From Trueperaceae bacterium (lineage in GTDB: Bacteria; Deinococcota; Deinococci; Deinococcales; Trueperaceae): a DNA stretch of 64,000 bases. The stretch spans positions 32,001-96,000 of the forward strand of contig CBDCAM010000001.1 in assembly GCA_965213925.1 (NCBI GenBank), given 5' to 3'. Made by a program: the position numbers and the translations under genes. This document shows, one piece after another, positions 29,984-40,339 of the stretch (positions are counted from its first letter, which is position 1; each line of letters opens with the position of its first letter). The notes beneath the pieces are model-generated. The model had not been told where the DNA came from and made no database searches. It saw nothing but the letters and a program-made list of their open reading frames with translations.

Positions 29984-31042
29984 GGTTCTTCCTAGCTTTT
30001 GATGAGCAAAGTTGGACCACTGGAAGTTTGCTTCTCTGACCCCTTTTCAGTCAGCTTCAACCAGCATGGAGCACGCGCGCTTTAAGCAGGTCGAAGTTGG
30101 CGCGTCCATACATGGAGTGCTTAATCAGCTTAAGGCGATTCACCTGCCCTTCGACCTGACCGTTGCTATAGGGTAAAGTCAGCGCCGCTTCCACCGCCGC
30201 TTGGTCGAGCCGAATGCCGTTGGCAAAGCGGCGCAGCTCGGTCACGCCACTCGCAAGTGCCTCTTTCAACCAAACCTCGAAAGGCTGCGGGTCCCTTTTG
30301 CGCAGCATCTCTGCGAATCGCTGGGCCAGGTTGTAACAATGTGGTGCGTCCGGGCAGGTGGCAAGCACCCTCTCTAAACGCGCTCTACCTACCTTGCCGA
30401 GTTCGTCTGCGGGGCAGGTGAAAAGTCTAGCCGCCTCCCTCGGAAGGTAGCGCTTGAGTTGTGGGGCGGGCGCGGCGTTCGCTGTTTGCGATTCTGACGC
30501 CGAGTTGCGCAGGTAGATGAGGTAGTTCGAGACCAGAATCGCGGAGCCGGTGAAGCCTTGGTCGGTAATCTCACGCCACAGCGTCTTAGGCTTTTCACAC
30601 CCTTCGCGCCAGCGCTTCTCGAGATGAGGCTTGTAAGGGTCTAAGATGCTGCGCCTGCCGCCTGACTTTTTACGTTCTGGCAGCGTGGTCATCGTACTCC
30701 AGCGCCTTAAGGTGCGGGTGCTTATGCCGACCTCGCTAACGATGGCCTCGCTGCTGCAACCTTACTTACGCATGAGGGCCGCTTTCTCAAACTGAGCAAT
30801 ACGCTCCGCCCGTCGCGCCTTGTGAGCCTCAGCCTGCTTTGGGGTCAGTTGCCAGGTGGCGGCGAGACGCGCGGGTGCGTTCTCGTCGGTTGAGCCCACG
30901 ATGACCTCTTCGGTGAGGTGACTACGGTGACGCCCTAACCAAGCTTCAAGTACGTCGCCAAGGTTTTTGAAGAGGTGCCAGCGGTCGGCGACTTGAACGG
31001 CCTCGGGTGCCGCCTCCTTCGCGGCGAGGGTGTAGTCGCTAC
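29984..31042 (-). mobile_element. ISL3-family remnant: 3' half of the transposase with a nonsense mutation, 5' part lost at the IS6 end
   Basis: PEAVQVADRWHL.KNL, in-frame TAA at 30762-30764, SNGQVEGQVNRLKLIK..MYGRA.FDLL; GGTTCTT terminus at 29984. Confidence 0.88.
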
Positions 31043-31875
31043 GGTTGCGTCAAGTTGTTTGAGATGAGGTGACGTCTAGCTACGGCGGCCCGCTGCATCT
31101 GTAGCCCTTGCGGCCTTTTCTAGGAAGCTGACAGCGACAGCTCTGCCCATACCCCAAAATCGCTCGTCCAGTTGCGGCGGCGTAGGTTGGCGGGTGTGCG
31201 GGCACGGGTGTAACGGAAGAGATGGTTGACCTCGGCGTGGGTAAAGAGAAAACTTTGGGCACGACCCGAACCTCTAAAGCCTCGTTGCTGTCGTTCTTGG
31301 TCTCGCGTCGGCCGGTGGCTCTGCTCGACGAGGTTGTTCTGGCGCTCCGCCGCCGAGACGGTGACGTGCTCCGTCGCGCCTAGCTCGGGCAGCTCTCGAA
31401 GGGCAGCACCATAGCTCCTAAGGCCGTCGGTCACGATCTGCTCGGGGACATCTTGCTCGTCCAGCAGTCTGCGGAAAAAGCGCTTGGCCGCCTCTGTGTC
31501 ACGCTCCTTTTGCATGAACACGTCCAGCACCTCGCCATGCTCATCCACTGCCCGCCAGAGCCAATGGACCACACCGCCTAGCACTATACGCATCTCATCC
31601 AGGTGCCACGTCCTACCCCGCCTCGGCTTACGCTGACGCAGCGCCTCGGCTATGGCGGGTCCGAACCTGGCGCACCACGCCCTTACCGTCTCGTGACTCA
31701 CATCAACGCCCCGCTCGAAGAGCAGCTCCTGCACGTCCCTATACGAAAGCAGAAAGCGGTGGTAGAGGTAGACCGCATGCGAGATGACCGCTTTGGGGAA
31801 GCGGTAGCCCTTGGGTCGTTCGGCACTCTCGGTCATTGGGGCAGCCTAACCCATCTCAAACAACTTGACGCAACC
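31043..31875 (-). mobile_element. IS6-family insertion sequence, 833 bp
   Basis: Perfect 24-bp IRs GGTTGCGTCAAGTTGTTTGAGATG at 31043-31066 and 31852-31875; no target duplication. Confidence 0.95.
31120..31836 (-). CDS. IS6-family transposase
   Basis: YRFP..VI..AV.LY.RF.LS.RDV.ELL.ERG, WHLDE, WRAVD, VTDG, NNLVEQSHR. Confidence 0.95.
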   Translation of the reverse strand: MTESAERPKGYRFPKAVISHAVYLYHRFLLSYRDVQELLFERGVDVSHETVRAWCARFGPAIAEALRQRKPRRGRTWHLDEMRIVLGGVVHWLWRAVDEHGEVLDVFMQKERDTEAAKRFFRRLLDEQDVPEQIVTDGLRSYGAALRELPELGATEHVTVSAAERQNNLVEQSHRPTRDQERQQRGFRGSGRAQSFLFTHAEVNHLFRYTRARTPANLRRRNWTSDFGVWAELSLSAS

Positions 31876-31889
31876 CATCATGCCTGTTT

Positions 31890-33233
31890 CTACTGCTGTG
31901 GCAGCTTAATTTGGGACATCACTTCAACGGCTTTTCCTGTACTTAATGAGCGATTGGCGGCAACTCCCACCAAGACACTGATGATGCCATCCATATAACC
32001 AGCTGCGCGGCCTAGCGGATCCTGACTTACCCCTCTGAACATGTCATCAAATATTCGAACGTCACCACCCTCATGGTTCCCTTTGGGCTGTTCAAAGGCA
32101 ACTTCTTGGGCCCGCTCCCAGTGTTTCTGTATGACAATGCCAGGTCGTGATAGCTTTAGTTCTCCCGTGCCCCGTGCGGAGGGGTTGGTGGAGGCTATCC
32201 CTCCTTGCGGATGATTGAATTCGTTGTCTGAAAGATGGGGTCGCATAACAGTTTCTATCTCCAACCTTCCTTTGCTGCCATTGATAGAGATTCGGTCGCC
32301 TTCCCAGGGGCAATGAGTATTGAGAGAGTAAGTTAGGACAGCACGGTTTTCATAGCGGACAACTACTGCTAACGTATCCTCGATCGTTATACCATCGCCG
32401 AATACATCCTGATTTCGGTCATAACCGTCCTCATCTTTTGCAGAAAGGAACATCTCCCGCAGATTCGGACTCCGTTCCATGTCAAGGTAAAAACGTTTTC
32501 TCGTTTCAGAATGCAAGGAGGTTTTTGCTTCTGGGTCTACGCCTGCGTATCGACGTATTAAGTTCTCGCGACCGTAATACTGAAGGCCACCAACCGCATA
32601 AGCCACTTCCGGGAAACAGTCAAGCCACCAATTAACCAAATCAAAATGATGGGTAGCTTTATGTATCAGCAGCCCCCCTGACTTTTCTTTTTCACGATGC
32701 CAGCGACGGAAGAAATCCGCTCCATGATGTGTATCTAGCAGTTCCTCATAGTGGATTGAGAGTACTTCGCCTATCTCCCCTTTGCGTATAATCTCCTTCA
32801 CTTTTGAATTTCGAGGCATGTAACGGGCGTTGAACGCAACTCTTATATTTTGGCCTGTTTCCTGAACCGTATCCACTATGCGTTGGCACCCATCTGCTGT
32901 TACCGTTACGGGCTTTTCGGCAATGACGTCACACCCTGCTTTCATGACCCTAGCAATATAGTCGTCATGTGTATGATCAGGCGAAGTGATGATCACCGTA
33001 TCTGGTTTGGTTTCAAGTATAAGCCGTTCTAGATCACCTGGATAGTAGCAGTTAAGTTCGGAGTAAGACTGAAACCGGTCCCTTCCTCTTCGATTGAAAA
33101 AGCCCATACGAGCCTGATTTGTGTCACACAGGGCGACGAGTCGGGCTACATCCGGATAGGTGCTGACCAATGCCTCAAAGTACATAAGACCACGTTCGCC
33201 TGTGCCGATTAGGGCGTATCGCTTCCTGCTCAT
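31890..33233 (-). CDS. Gfo/Idh/MocA family oxidoreductase
   Basis: YALIGTG.RG, PDHTH, EKP, HGADFFRRWHR....GGLL.HK.THHFD, H.GGD. Confidence 0.92.
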   Translation of the reverse strand: MSRKRYALIGTGERGLMYFEALVSTYPDVARLVALCDTNQARMGFFNRRGRDRFQSYSELNCYYPGDLERLILETKPDTVIITSPDHTHDDYIARVMKAGCDVIAEKPVTVTADGCQRIVDTVQETGQNIRVAFNARYMPRNSKVKEIIRKGEIGEVLSIHYEELLDTHHGADFFRRWHREKEKSGGLLIHKATHHFDLVNWWLDCFPEVAYAVGGLQYYGRENLIRRYAGVDPEAKTSLHSETRKRFYLDMERSPNLREMFLSAKDEDGYDRNQDVFGDGITIEDTLAVVVRYENRAVLTYSLNTHCPWEGDRISINGSKGRLEIETVMRPHLSDNEFNHPQGGIASTNPSARGTGELKLSRPGIVIQKHWERAQEVAFEQPKGNHEGGDVRIFDDMFRGVSQDPLGRAAGYMDGIISVLVGVAANRSLSTGKAVEVMSQIKLPQQ

Positions 33234-33411
33234 TACTTCCTTTCGCTGATCAATTTATCGTCGCTTGTCACCTTCGCCAAGCCATTAAACTTTGCTTGTT
33301 CAGGTTGTGTTAGAAAAACTTACAAATGATGTTTACAAAGTGGCTCGTCGAACTCACATTTTGTGCAACACCCCTCTCCTAAAGGTTATTCACGAACGCG
33401 TGGACCCCCTC

Positions 33412-33458
33412 ATGAAACGATTGCATAGCTTGACACATATATTTCATCACTATATACT
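33412..33458 (+). promoter_or_regulatory. Near-consensus sigma70 promoter with an adjacent LacI-type palindrome
   Basis: TTGACA (33430)-17 nt-TATACT (33453); TGAAACGATTGCA just upstream at 33413-33425. Confidence 0.7.
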
Positions 33459-33510
33459 TATTTTTGATTAGAGTGAAAAAAACTAAGGTGTTAGAATTGG
33501 AAGCTCACAC

Positions 33511-34569
33511 TTGAGTACTAAAAATTCTTATCCGGATCTATGGACATCGCTTTACGCCGAGGAGAAGCGAGAGTTGGCGTTTGATACAAAAAAGGGAATT
33601 AATACAAGAGAGTGGCAATGCGAACTTCGCAAGACACTGTGGGAACTTCTTAGCCCATGGCCCTCGCGTGTACCTCTCGAGCCAAGCATTGTTCATGATG
33701 CGGACTGTCGATTCTATAGACGTTACCGAGTCACTTACCGCACTACTCGATACCTTGAAGCATGTGCGTATCTGCTTATACCGAAAGCCGCCTCCGACGC
33801 CAACCCGATGCCTGCTATCTTATGCCTACACGGTCATGCGATGAACCCCATAGAGCGGCGCGGAAAGGAAAATGTTGTAGGTGTAACCGATACGTCTAAG
33901 CCAAAGCAGCAAGAGGCAATTCGATTAATGAACTACGACTATGCACATCAGCTCGCCAATCAAGGGTTCGTTACTTTAGCTGCTGATACGTTGGGCTGGG
34001 GAGATCGTGCTGCTGGATACGAGTTTTCAGGTCGAGATCCTTGCAATATTCACTACCTCAAGGCACAACTATGGGGTTTGAATCTGATGAGTATTCATCT
34101 TCATGAAGACATGTGTGCCTTGGATTTCTTACAGGGACTTCCAGAGGTGAATTCAGACCAGTTGGGTACAATCGGCCTATCAATGGGAGGGACACGCGCA
34201 CTGTTTCTCGCCGCACTAGATGAACGAGTGAAGGCTGTTGATGTCTCATGTTTTTTAACTACATTTTCCCATTACGCCATCCGAGCGAGTGACATTTGTG
34301 GCGCGCAGCTGGTTCCCGGAATCCTTCGGTACGCGGAACTTAGTGATGTAGCAGCGCTTATTGCCCCGCGCGCCGCGCTTTATGAGTCAGGTACAGGAGA
34401 TCACATATTTCCTGTTGAAGTTGCTCAAGAAGTTTATCAATCTGTAAAGCGAGTATACGAAGAGTATGGCGAAGCTGAACTTGTAGAGCATGAGATTTTT
34501 AAAGGAGGTCATAGATTTGCTGGAGGCCGAGCGTTCTCTTTTTTCGAAGAGCGACTAAAAAGTGGGTGA
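33511..34569 (+). CDS. Alpha/beta hydrolase (dienelactone hydrolase/carbohydrate esterase-like)
   Basis: AYLLIP, LCLHGH, GLSMGG nucleophile elbow, GD.IFP, GGH. Confidence 0.85.
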   Translation: MSTKNSYPDLWTSLYAEEKRELAFDTKKGINTREWQCELRKTLWELLSPWPSRVPLEPSIVHDADCRFYRRYRVTYRTTRYLEACAYLLIPKAASDANPMPAILCLHGHAMNPIERRGKENVVGVTDTSKPKQQEAIRLMNYDYAHQLANQGFVTLAADTLGWGDRAAGYEFSGRDPCNIHYLKAQLWGLNLMSIHLHEDMCALDFLQGLPEVNSDQLGTIGLSMGGTRALFLAALDERVKAVDVSCFLTTFSHYAIRASDICGAQLVPGILRYAELSDVAALIAPRAALYESGTGDHIFPVEVAQEVYQSVKRVYEEYGEAELVEHEIFKGGHRFAGGRAFSFFEERLKSG

Positions 34570-34636
34570 TACTCTTCAACCGTCTAGGCACACCAGTAAG
34601 GTATACAACAACTCAACAAAGGAATGAGGTAGAAAA

Positions 34637-35875
34637 ATGGCTGGCCGTTTTTTGGTGTTAGTGGTTCTCATAAGTTTTGTTTCTGTGACTCAGGCACAGG
34701 AAACACAGATCACCTACGGTTACTGGGACGCGAATCAAACAGAAACCATCGCAGAGCAGATAAAAGTTTTTGAGGAAATGCACCCTGATATAACCGTTGA
34801 ACCTCAACTCTTCCCGTGGACGGAGTACTTTACGAGGCTTCAAACAGGTGTCGCGGGTGGCTCTGCATTTGATGTGTTCTGGATCAACGGACCGAACTTT
34901 CCGGTTTACGCTTCTCAAGGGGTATTAATGAGCTTAGAGGAGCTCGTAAGTAGCGGGCAGATCGAACCCAACTTGTATCCACAGGCGCTGATCGAAGCCT
35001 ACAGCTACAACGGCGAGCTTTACGGCGTTCCGAAAGAATTTGACACGATCGCACTTTACTATAACAAAGCCATGTTTGATGCGGCCGGAATCGAGTATCC
35101 CTCCGAAGATTGGACTTGGCAAGACCTGAGGGGGGCCGCGGAAAAGTTGACGATCAGGGACGGTAGTCGGGTTGCGCAATACGGAATGACGGCACACACT
35201 CTAGCTCAGCAAGGTTGGGCGAATTTCGTGTTTCAGAACGGTGGGCGCGTACTCAGCGAGGACGGAAGCAGCGTGGTCTTGGATGAGCCAGCCGCTTGCG
35301 AAGCGCTTTTGTTCGTTTACGACTTTGTGGCAGATGGCCTAGCTCCTGATGGCGCGGTGCTGACGGCGGAAGGGTGGGAGCCAGCCGTCAATCAGTTTCC
35401 AGCCGGTAGGATAGCCATGACTCCTGGTGGCTCTTGGTTAGCGACATTCCTGCACGGAGCCAATCCGGATATTGGTATCGCCCCACTTCCCAGAGGTGAG
35501 CAACAGGCTTCCATTATCCATGGGGTAGCTAATGTTGTTTGGTCTGGAAGTCGCAGTAAAGAAGCAGCTACCACTTTCGTAGCTTTCTTGGCTTCTCGTT
35601 CAGCGCAAGAGATTGTTGCTGAATATGGTCAAGTTATACCTGCCATGGATGGTCTACAGGAAGCCTGGGTTCAAGCCATCCCAGAGTCGAACAGGCAGGT
35701 CTTCATCGATGCTGTAGACTACTCTGTACCGCTTCCTTCAATGACGACAGATAAGGGCACTGAGTGGGAAACTAGAGTGGATCAAACCTTACGCGACGCC
35801 TGGCTGGGAAATATACCACGTGACCAGATTTGTCAGCGAGTCACAGAAGAAGGTAATGCGGCGTTAGAGCGTTAA
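34637..35875 (+). CDS. Carbohydrate ABC transporter substrate-binding protein
   Basis: Signal peptide ending AQA, FE..HPDI.V, LYYNK.MFDAAGI.YP..WTW. Confidence 0.93.
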   Translation: MAGRFLVLVVLISFVSVTQAQETQITYGYWDANQTETIAEQIKVFEEMHPDITVEPQLFPWTEYFTRLQTGVAGGSAFDVFWINGPNFPVYASQGVLMSLEELVSSGQIEPNLYPQALIEAYSYNGELYGVPKEFDTIALYYNKAMFDAAGIEYPSEDWTWQDLRGAAEKLTIRDGSRVAQYGMTAHTLAQQGWANFVFQNGGRVLSEDGSSVVLDEPAACEALLFVYDFVADGLAPDGAVLTAEGWEPAVNQFPAGRIAMTPGGSWLATFLHGANPDIGIAPLPRGEQQASIIHGVANVVWSGSRSKEAATTFVAFLASRSAQEIVAEYGQVIPAMDGLQEAWVQAIPESNRQVFIDAVDYSVPLPSMTTDKGTEWETRVDQTLRDAWLGNIPRDQICQRVTEEGNAALER

Positions 35876-35881
35876 GCCTGA

Positions 35882-35924
35882 CGGCATCCTCTAAACCTTG
35901 TGAGTTTAGAGGATGCCGGTTTTT
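35882..35924 (+). terminator. Intrinsic terminator/attenuator between the binding-protein and permease genes
   Basis: 15-bp stem CGGCATCCTCTAAAC-7 nt-GTTTAGAGGATGCCG followed by GTTTTT. Confidence 0.8.
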
Positions 35925-35937
35925 ATTAGAGGGAAAA

Positions 35938-36879
35938 ATGCAGAAGCAAGCGCTTAGCAAAAAGAAAAAAGACTCCCTGAATACTCTTCAAGGGAAGCGT
36001 CACAAGCGCTTGAGCCAGCGCGAGTCGCTCTGGGGATACTTGTTAATTACACCCTTGATGGCCGGCTGGATAGTCTTTTTTCTCATTGGCTTGTTCGCTT
36101 CTCTCGGTATCAGTTTCACGCAGTGGAATCTTCTAACTGCGCCAAGCTGGGTTGCACTTGACAATTATGCGCGTCTTCTAAAAGATCCATTATTTTTCGA
36201 AACCCTTAAGAACACGCTGTTTCTCGCCTTGCTTTACGTTCCACTCAGTACAGTTGTCTCACTGTCTTTAGCCTTGGCTCTGAATAGAGAAATTCAATTC
36301 CGCGCCTTTTACCGTACCGTTTATTTTCTTCCTGTACTCACGATGCCTGTTGCAAGTGCCACAATCTGGCAGTGGTTGTACAATCCGAGTTTCGGGCCGG
36401 TGAACTACTTCCTCTCAACGTTCGGATTACCTTCACCCGCCTGGCTCTCAGACCAGAATACCGCCATGATCGCGGTTGTTATAGTTTTAGTGTGGAACAT
36501 TGCGGGGTATAATATGGTACTTTTCTTGTCAGGTCTGCAGAACATCCCAAAGGAGTACTATGAGGCAGCTGAGATTGATGGAGCTGGGGCGTGGCCCAGC
36601 TTTCGCTACGTCACTTTGCCCCTCGTCGCCCCCACCACCTTCTTCGTCGTAACAACCACGCTAATTCTAGCGTTTCAGGTTTTCGATGTAATATATGTGA
36701 TGACGCAGGGCGGTCCTGCTGACAGTACACGTACTTTGGTTTACTACATTTACGAGGAAGCATTTCAATTTTTAAGGATGGGGTATGCGTCGGCCATGTC
36801 GTGGATACTGTTTCTTATTATTTTAATCTTTACTTTATTTCAGTTCCGATTGCAGCGGTACTGGGTGCATTACCAATGA
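35938..36879 (+). CDS. Carbohydrate ABC transporter permease
   Basis: YEAAEIDGA, F..VTLP, MTQGGP, GYASA. Confidence 0.94.
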   Translation: MQKQALSKKKKDSLNTLQGKRHKRLSQRESLWGYLLITPLMAGWIVFFLIGLFASLGISFTQWNLLTAPSWVALDNYARLLKDPLFFETLKNTLFLALLYVPLSTVVSLSLALALNREIQFRAFYRTVYFLPVLTMPVASATIWQWLYNPSFGPVNYFLSTFGLPSPAWLSDQNTAMIAVVIVLVWNIAGYNMVLFLSGLQNIPKEYYEAAEIDGAGAWPSFRYVTLPLVAPTTFFVVTTTLILAFQVFDVIYVMTQGGPADSTRTLVYYIYEEAFQFLRMGYASAMSWILFLIILIFTLFQFRLQRYWVHYQ

Positions 36880-37700
36880 GAAGCACACAGGTTCTATCAA
36901 GGCTCTTTCTCCATACATTTCTTCTAGTAACTGGCGTGCTCTTTTTACTACCTTTCGTCTGGATGATCGCCACGTCCCTAAAGCCAACCCGTGACCTATT
37001 CACGTTAGTGCCAAACCTAATTCCAAGTGAGATACGTTGGCAAAACTACCTGGACGTTTTAGACTCAATTCCGTTTGTGCGCTTTTACCTAAATACAATC
37101 TTGATGACTTCTGGAAGGGTTGCTGGACAAGTTATACTTTGCTCACTCGCCGCGTTCGCGTTTGCTCGGCTGCGCTTTCCTGGGAAGAATATACTTTTCG
37201 TGTTACTTCTTGCAGCACTCATGATACCATCACAAATGCTGTTCATTCCGAACTTCATCATTCTCAAGTACTTTGGTTGGTTAGATACCTTCACAGGTTT
37301 GATTATTCCATCAATTTTCAGTGCCTATGGAACCTTTCTTCTGCGCCAATTCTTTATGACCATCCCAAGCGAATTCCAAGAAGCCGCGGTTCTTGAGGGA
37401 GCCAATCCATTGCAGATTTATTGGTATATATTCCTTCCGCTTGCGAAACCAGCACTGTCCGCTTTCGCCCTACTTGTGACGCTATGGTCTTGGAACGACT
37501 TCCTGTGGCCTCTCATTATTACTAACAGTATCGACATGCAGGTTCTTTCGGTAGGAGTCGCATACTTTCAGGGGCAGCATACTGTGGATACAGCCGCCAT
37601 GATGGCCGCGGCAACTATGGCAACAATCCCTATGCTTCTAGTCTTTCTGGTTGCGCAGCGGCAGCTCATCCACGGCATTTCCCTCGGAGGGCTGAAATGA
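36876..37700 (+). CDS. Carbohydrate ABC transporter permease
   Basis: ATGA overlap; AF.FARL.FPG, FLLRQFF, EAA.LEGA, WNDFLWP, GGLK end. Confidence 0.94.
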   Translation: MRSTQVLSRLFLHTFLLVTGVLFLLPFVWMIATSLKPTRDLFTLVPNLIPSEIRWQNYLDVLDSIPFVRFYLNTILMTSGRVAGQVILCSLAAFAFARLRFPGKNILFVLLLAALMIPSQMLFIPNFIILKYFGWLDTFTGLIIPSIFSAYGTFLLRQFFMTIPSEFQEAAVLEGANPLQIYWYIFLPLAKPALSAFALLVTLWSWNDFLWPLIITNSIDMQVLSVGVAYFQGQHTVDTAAMMAAATMATIPMLLVFLVAQRQLIHGISLGGLK

Positions 37701-37827
37701 GCATACATTAGTCAATCTCGAGTGAGGTAGTCCAACAACTTCTGATGTGAGCCGCACTCGCTCGGTTGTAACATGACCTAGGGGGTCTCTGGTTGCTTAG
37801 AATTTGATTGAACCGTCTACACTTGAG

Positions 37828-37950
37828 CTAGGGTCTGTCTGACTAAAGCTAAATTTAGCGTTCCTGACGGACCTAAAGGGTGTTCAGCCTAAAAGGATGA
37901 TTTGTGCGTGCAGTACAGCATTCAGACCCGATCAGTCAGACAGACCCTAG
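37828..37950. mobile_element. MITE or internally deleted IS, 115 bp between CTAG copies
   Basis: Perfect 17-bp inverted repeat CTAGGGTCTGTCTGACT (37828-37844) / AGTCAGACAGACCCTAG (37934-37950); no coding capacity. Confidence 0.7.
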
Positions 37951-38099
37951 TCGGCTTCATAACTCAGCCTCAACGACCTCGCTGCCCTACCGATCTTTCA
38001 CCGCTTGCGCGTGCGCGAGATACCAAGGGAAGCGTCCCTCTGCTCTCGTATGGTTGAAACAGAGAACGCCCTGCTTGGTTTCGACCAACCACGCCAACT

Positions 38100-40097
38100 C
38101 TAAGCTGCTCCAGCTGTGACGTCGGGAATGCCTGGTCCTGCGTTCTCATCCTCCCGCGCGTATGTGTAAAGCCACTCTTGCCACATAGCGCAGTCACAGA
38201 CAGTGTGCAGCGTGTCCTCATGTTGCATGAGGTAATCTCCCGCTTTCTTGTACGCAGTGCCTAGTCCCGAAGATTTCCCGCCTGCTAAATCTACCAAGCC
38301 TTTGAGAATGATACCAATAAAATCTAAGCCATAGCGAAGATATACAAATGAGGTTCTCTGCGCTAAAGGTAAATCGCTAGCATGTTTGACTCTCTCTTGA
38401 CAGAGCTCCAAAAGTTGTCCTAACACTAATTCTGCTTCCCGGAGGTTATTTTGGTAAGTTGGAGACGGTGTTTCCTCGAGACCAAAAATGATATCGGAAT
38501 CCATAAGCGCGCTTATGATCCGCATTTTCTCCAGCACCTGCATACCATCAGGGCCGAAAGCGGAAGAAAAGTAGTCATCCTGGATCTTTTTAACCGGTAA
38601 ACTCGGGTCCCAGAGCGTCCGGCCACTCACCTCCATGGCTATGCCGGTTGGGAAAAAGTACCGTTGAACCTGACAGTTAATTAGCCCTTGAAGGTCAAGG
38701 TCATCAATCTGCTGAATATCTCTGTGAAGGATCGCCGAGATAAACAGCCCAGTCGGCTCGACGATCGAGTGCTTCCAGAGCAGGTGATAATCGTACACGA
38801 ACCCGTCGCCCGAAAAGCCGCGCTTCCAGTCCCGGAGGTAGTGGACGTTCACAGTCGTGGATTTAGGGAAAATGTTTTTATTACGGCTGTAAGGAACGGG
38901 CGTTTCCGGCACGGCCGGTGCCTCGAGCAAAGCGTTGCGCCACATACGTGTCAGCGGGGCAAACATTATGACGAACCGCTCGGGACTTTCGATACGTGAC
39001 TCCTGTGGTGCCCATAACAGGTCGGCGTATGCGAGAAACACGATCCTGGTGGAGATCTCGCGCTCCCGTAGCTTCCGATCAACTGCGTTTAGCACGTCGA
39101 CGTAATAGTCGGACGGGAGCTTAGTGCTGCACGCCTCGCACTCACATCTGTTGTTCCACCCGTCCGACATCCACAGGTGTAGCAGGTCGATCTCGGGGCG
39201 CTTCTCAGCGTACCCGACAACATGATCGACCAGCAAATCAAACGCTCTAGAGTTGGAAAGGCACAGCTCTGTGTTGATGGGAACCCCTCCCCACCACTCC
39301 CGCTTTCCATCAACTTCCGCTAAAAGTTGGCGGGTATCTTCAGGTGGCGCGCTGTCCGTTCTGATCCAGCCAGTGCCGGGCACCCCCAATGCCTCACAGG
39401 TCCAGCCGTGGCCAACCATCTGGAGCGTCAAACCTCGCTGCTTGATCTCGGTGACTAATTGGTTGGTGAACGCTTCTGCTTGTTCCGGTGTGAGATTTCG
39501 CCGCTGAACTTCCCTGGGCACGTCGGGATCGCGCAAGTGACGATCGTACCAGCGACTCCAGAACATATACGCATTCTTGAACTGAATGAAGTAAGTGTTG
39601 AAGCGCTTTTTGGCGAGATAGTCGACGAGTGCTACGGCGTGCTCGATAGAGACGCCCCCCTCTATGCACACGCCGCGGTATCGGTATCCCGGGCGCTCAA
39701 ATACGTCATAGCCATCGAGTCGAACGTCCACACTGTGGGGGAGTACCTCACCGTCCTCGCCCATGCGGATCCACCTGCACCCCAAGGTTTCGAGATAGGC
39801 GTAAGCAGCGAAAAGAACACTCCTAGGGTTCGCGCCCGCCAAGATCAGCTGAAACTCTCCAACGGATCTCAGGTAGATTGCGTCGTCAAGGTCGTCGCGA
39901 AGGTCGCCAGTGTTATCCAGGCCCGCGAACGCGTCGCTGGTCCCCAGCCAAACGCCAGGTAGGCCGGGGTCATACTTCGTGCGGGCATCGAAGTAAACGT
40001 CTTTATTGCTTATCCGCCCAAGATATTCACGCAGCTGGGTGGCGGCAAATGAAACCACTGGGTGGTCAGAAAGCTGATAAATGACTACCTTACTCAA
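38100..40097 (-). CDS. DUF4838-like putative glycoside hydrolase/carbohydrate-active protein
   Basis: FAA..L..YL, G.NPRSVLFA.Y.YLE.LGCRW, RG.CIEG, GHGW, LCLSN, D..NN.CEC..C, LAY; TTG 40097 has a GGAGG RBS. Confidence 0.72.
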   Translation of the reverse strand: MSKVVIYQLSDHPVVSFAATQLREYLGRISNKDVYFDARTKYDPGLPGVWLGTSDAFAGLDNTGDLRDDLDDAIYLRSVGEFQLILAGANPRSVLFAAYAYLETLGCRWIRMGEDGEVLPHSVDVRLDGYDVFERPGYRYRGVCIEGGVSIEHAVALVDYLAKKRFNTYFIQFKNAYMFWSRWYDRHLRDPDVPREVQRRNLTPEQAEAFTNQLVTEIKQRGLTLQMVGHGWTCEALGVPGTGWIRTDSAPPEDTRQLLAEVDGKREWWGGVPINTELCLSNSRAFDLLVDHVVGYAEKRPEIDLLHLWMSDGWNNRCECEACSTKLPSDYYVDVLNAVDRKLREREISTRIVFLAYADLLWAPQESRIESPERFVIMFAPLTRMWRNALLEAPAVPETPVPYSRNKNIFPKSTTVNVHYLRDWKRGFSGDGFVYDYHLLWKHSIVEPTGLFISAILHRDIQQIDDLDLQGLINCQVQRYFFPTGIAMEVSGRTLWDPSLPVKKIQDDYFSSAFGPDGMQVLEKMRIISALMDSDIIFGLEETPSPTYQNNLREAELVLGQLLELCQERVKHASDLPLAQRTSFVYLRYGLDFIGIILKGLVDLAGGKSSGLGTAYKKAGDYLMQHEDTLHTVCDCAMWQEWLYTYAREDENAGPGIPDVTAGAA

Positions 40098-40139
40098 AAC
40101 GAATGCCTCCAATACACTGGCTCTTAACCGCACCCGCCT

Positions 40140-40299
40140 TCAGATTTGCTTATAGATGCCGGTGCGCAAGAGAAAAAAGAGCAAAGACGGGAGCGTAAAC
40201 AGTGTAGACGCGGCCATCAGCTCGTTCCACTAACGGATTTGTTCGCGCCGCGGATACGGCAACGATGGAAAAGACAACAAGAGCGATGATCCGTTTTAT
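40140..40299 (-). pseudogene. Deletion scar of an ABC importer: signal-peptide remnant joined to a permease C-terminus
   Basis: (ATA)KRIIALVVFSIVAVSAA from 40299, then WNELMAASTLFTLPSLLFF from 40229. Confidence 0.55.
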
Positions 40300-40339
40300 G
40301 TTTCATCTCTACATCTTTGAAACGGAGAGGTGTCCCGCT

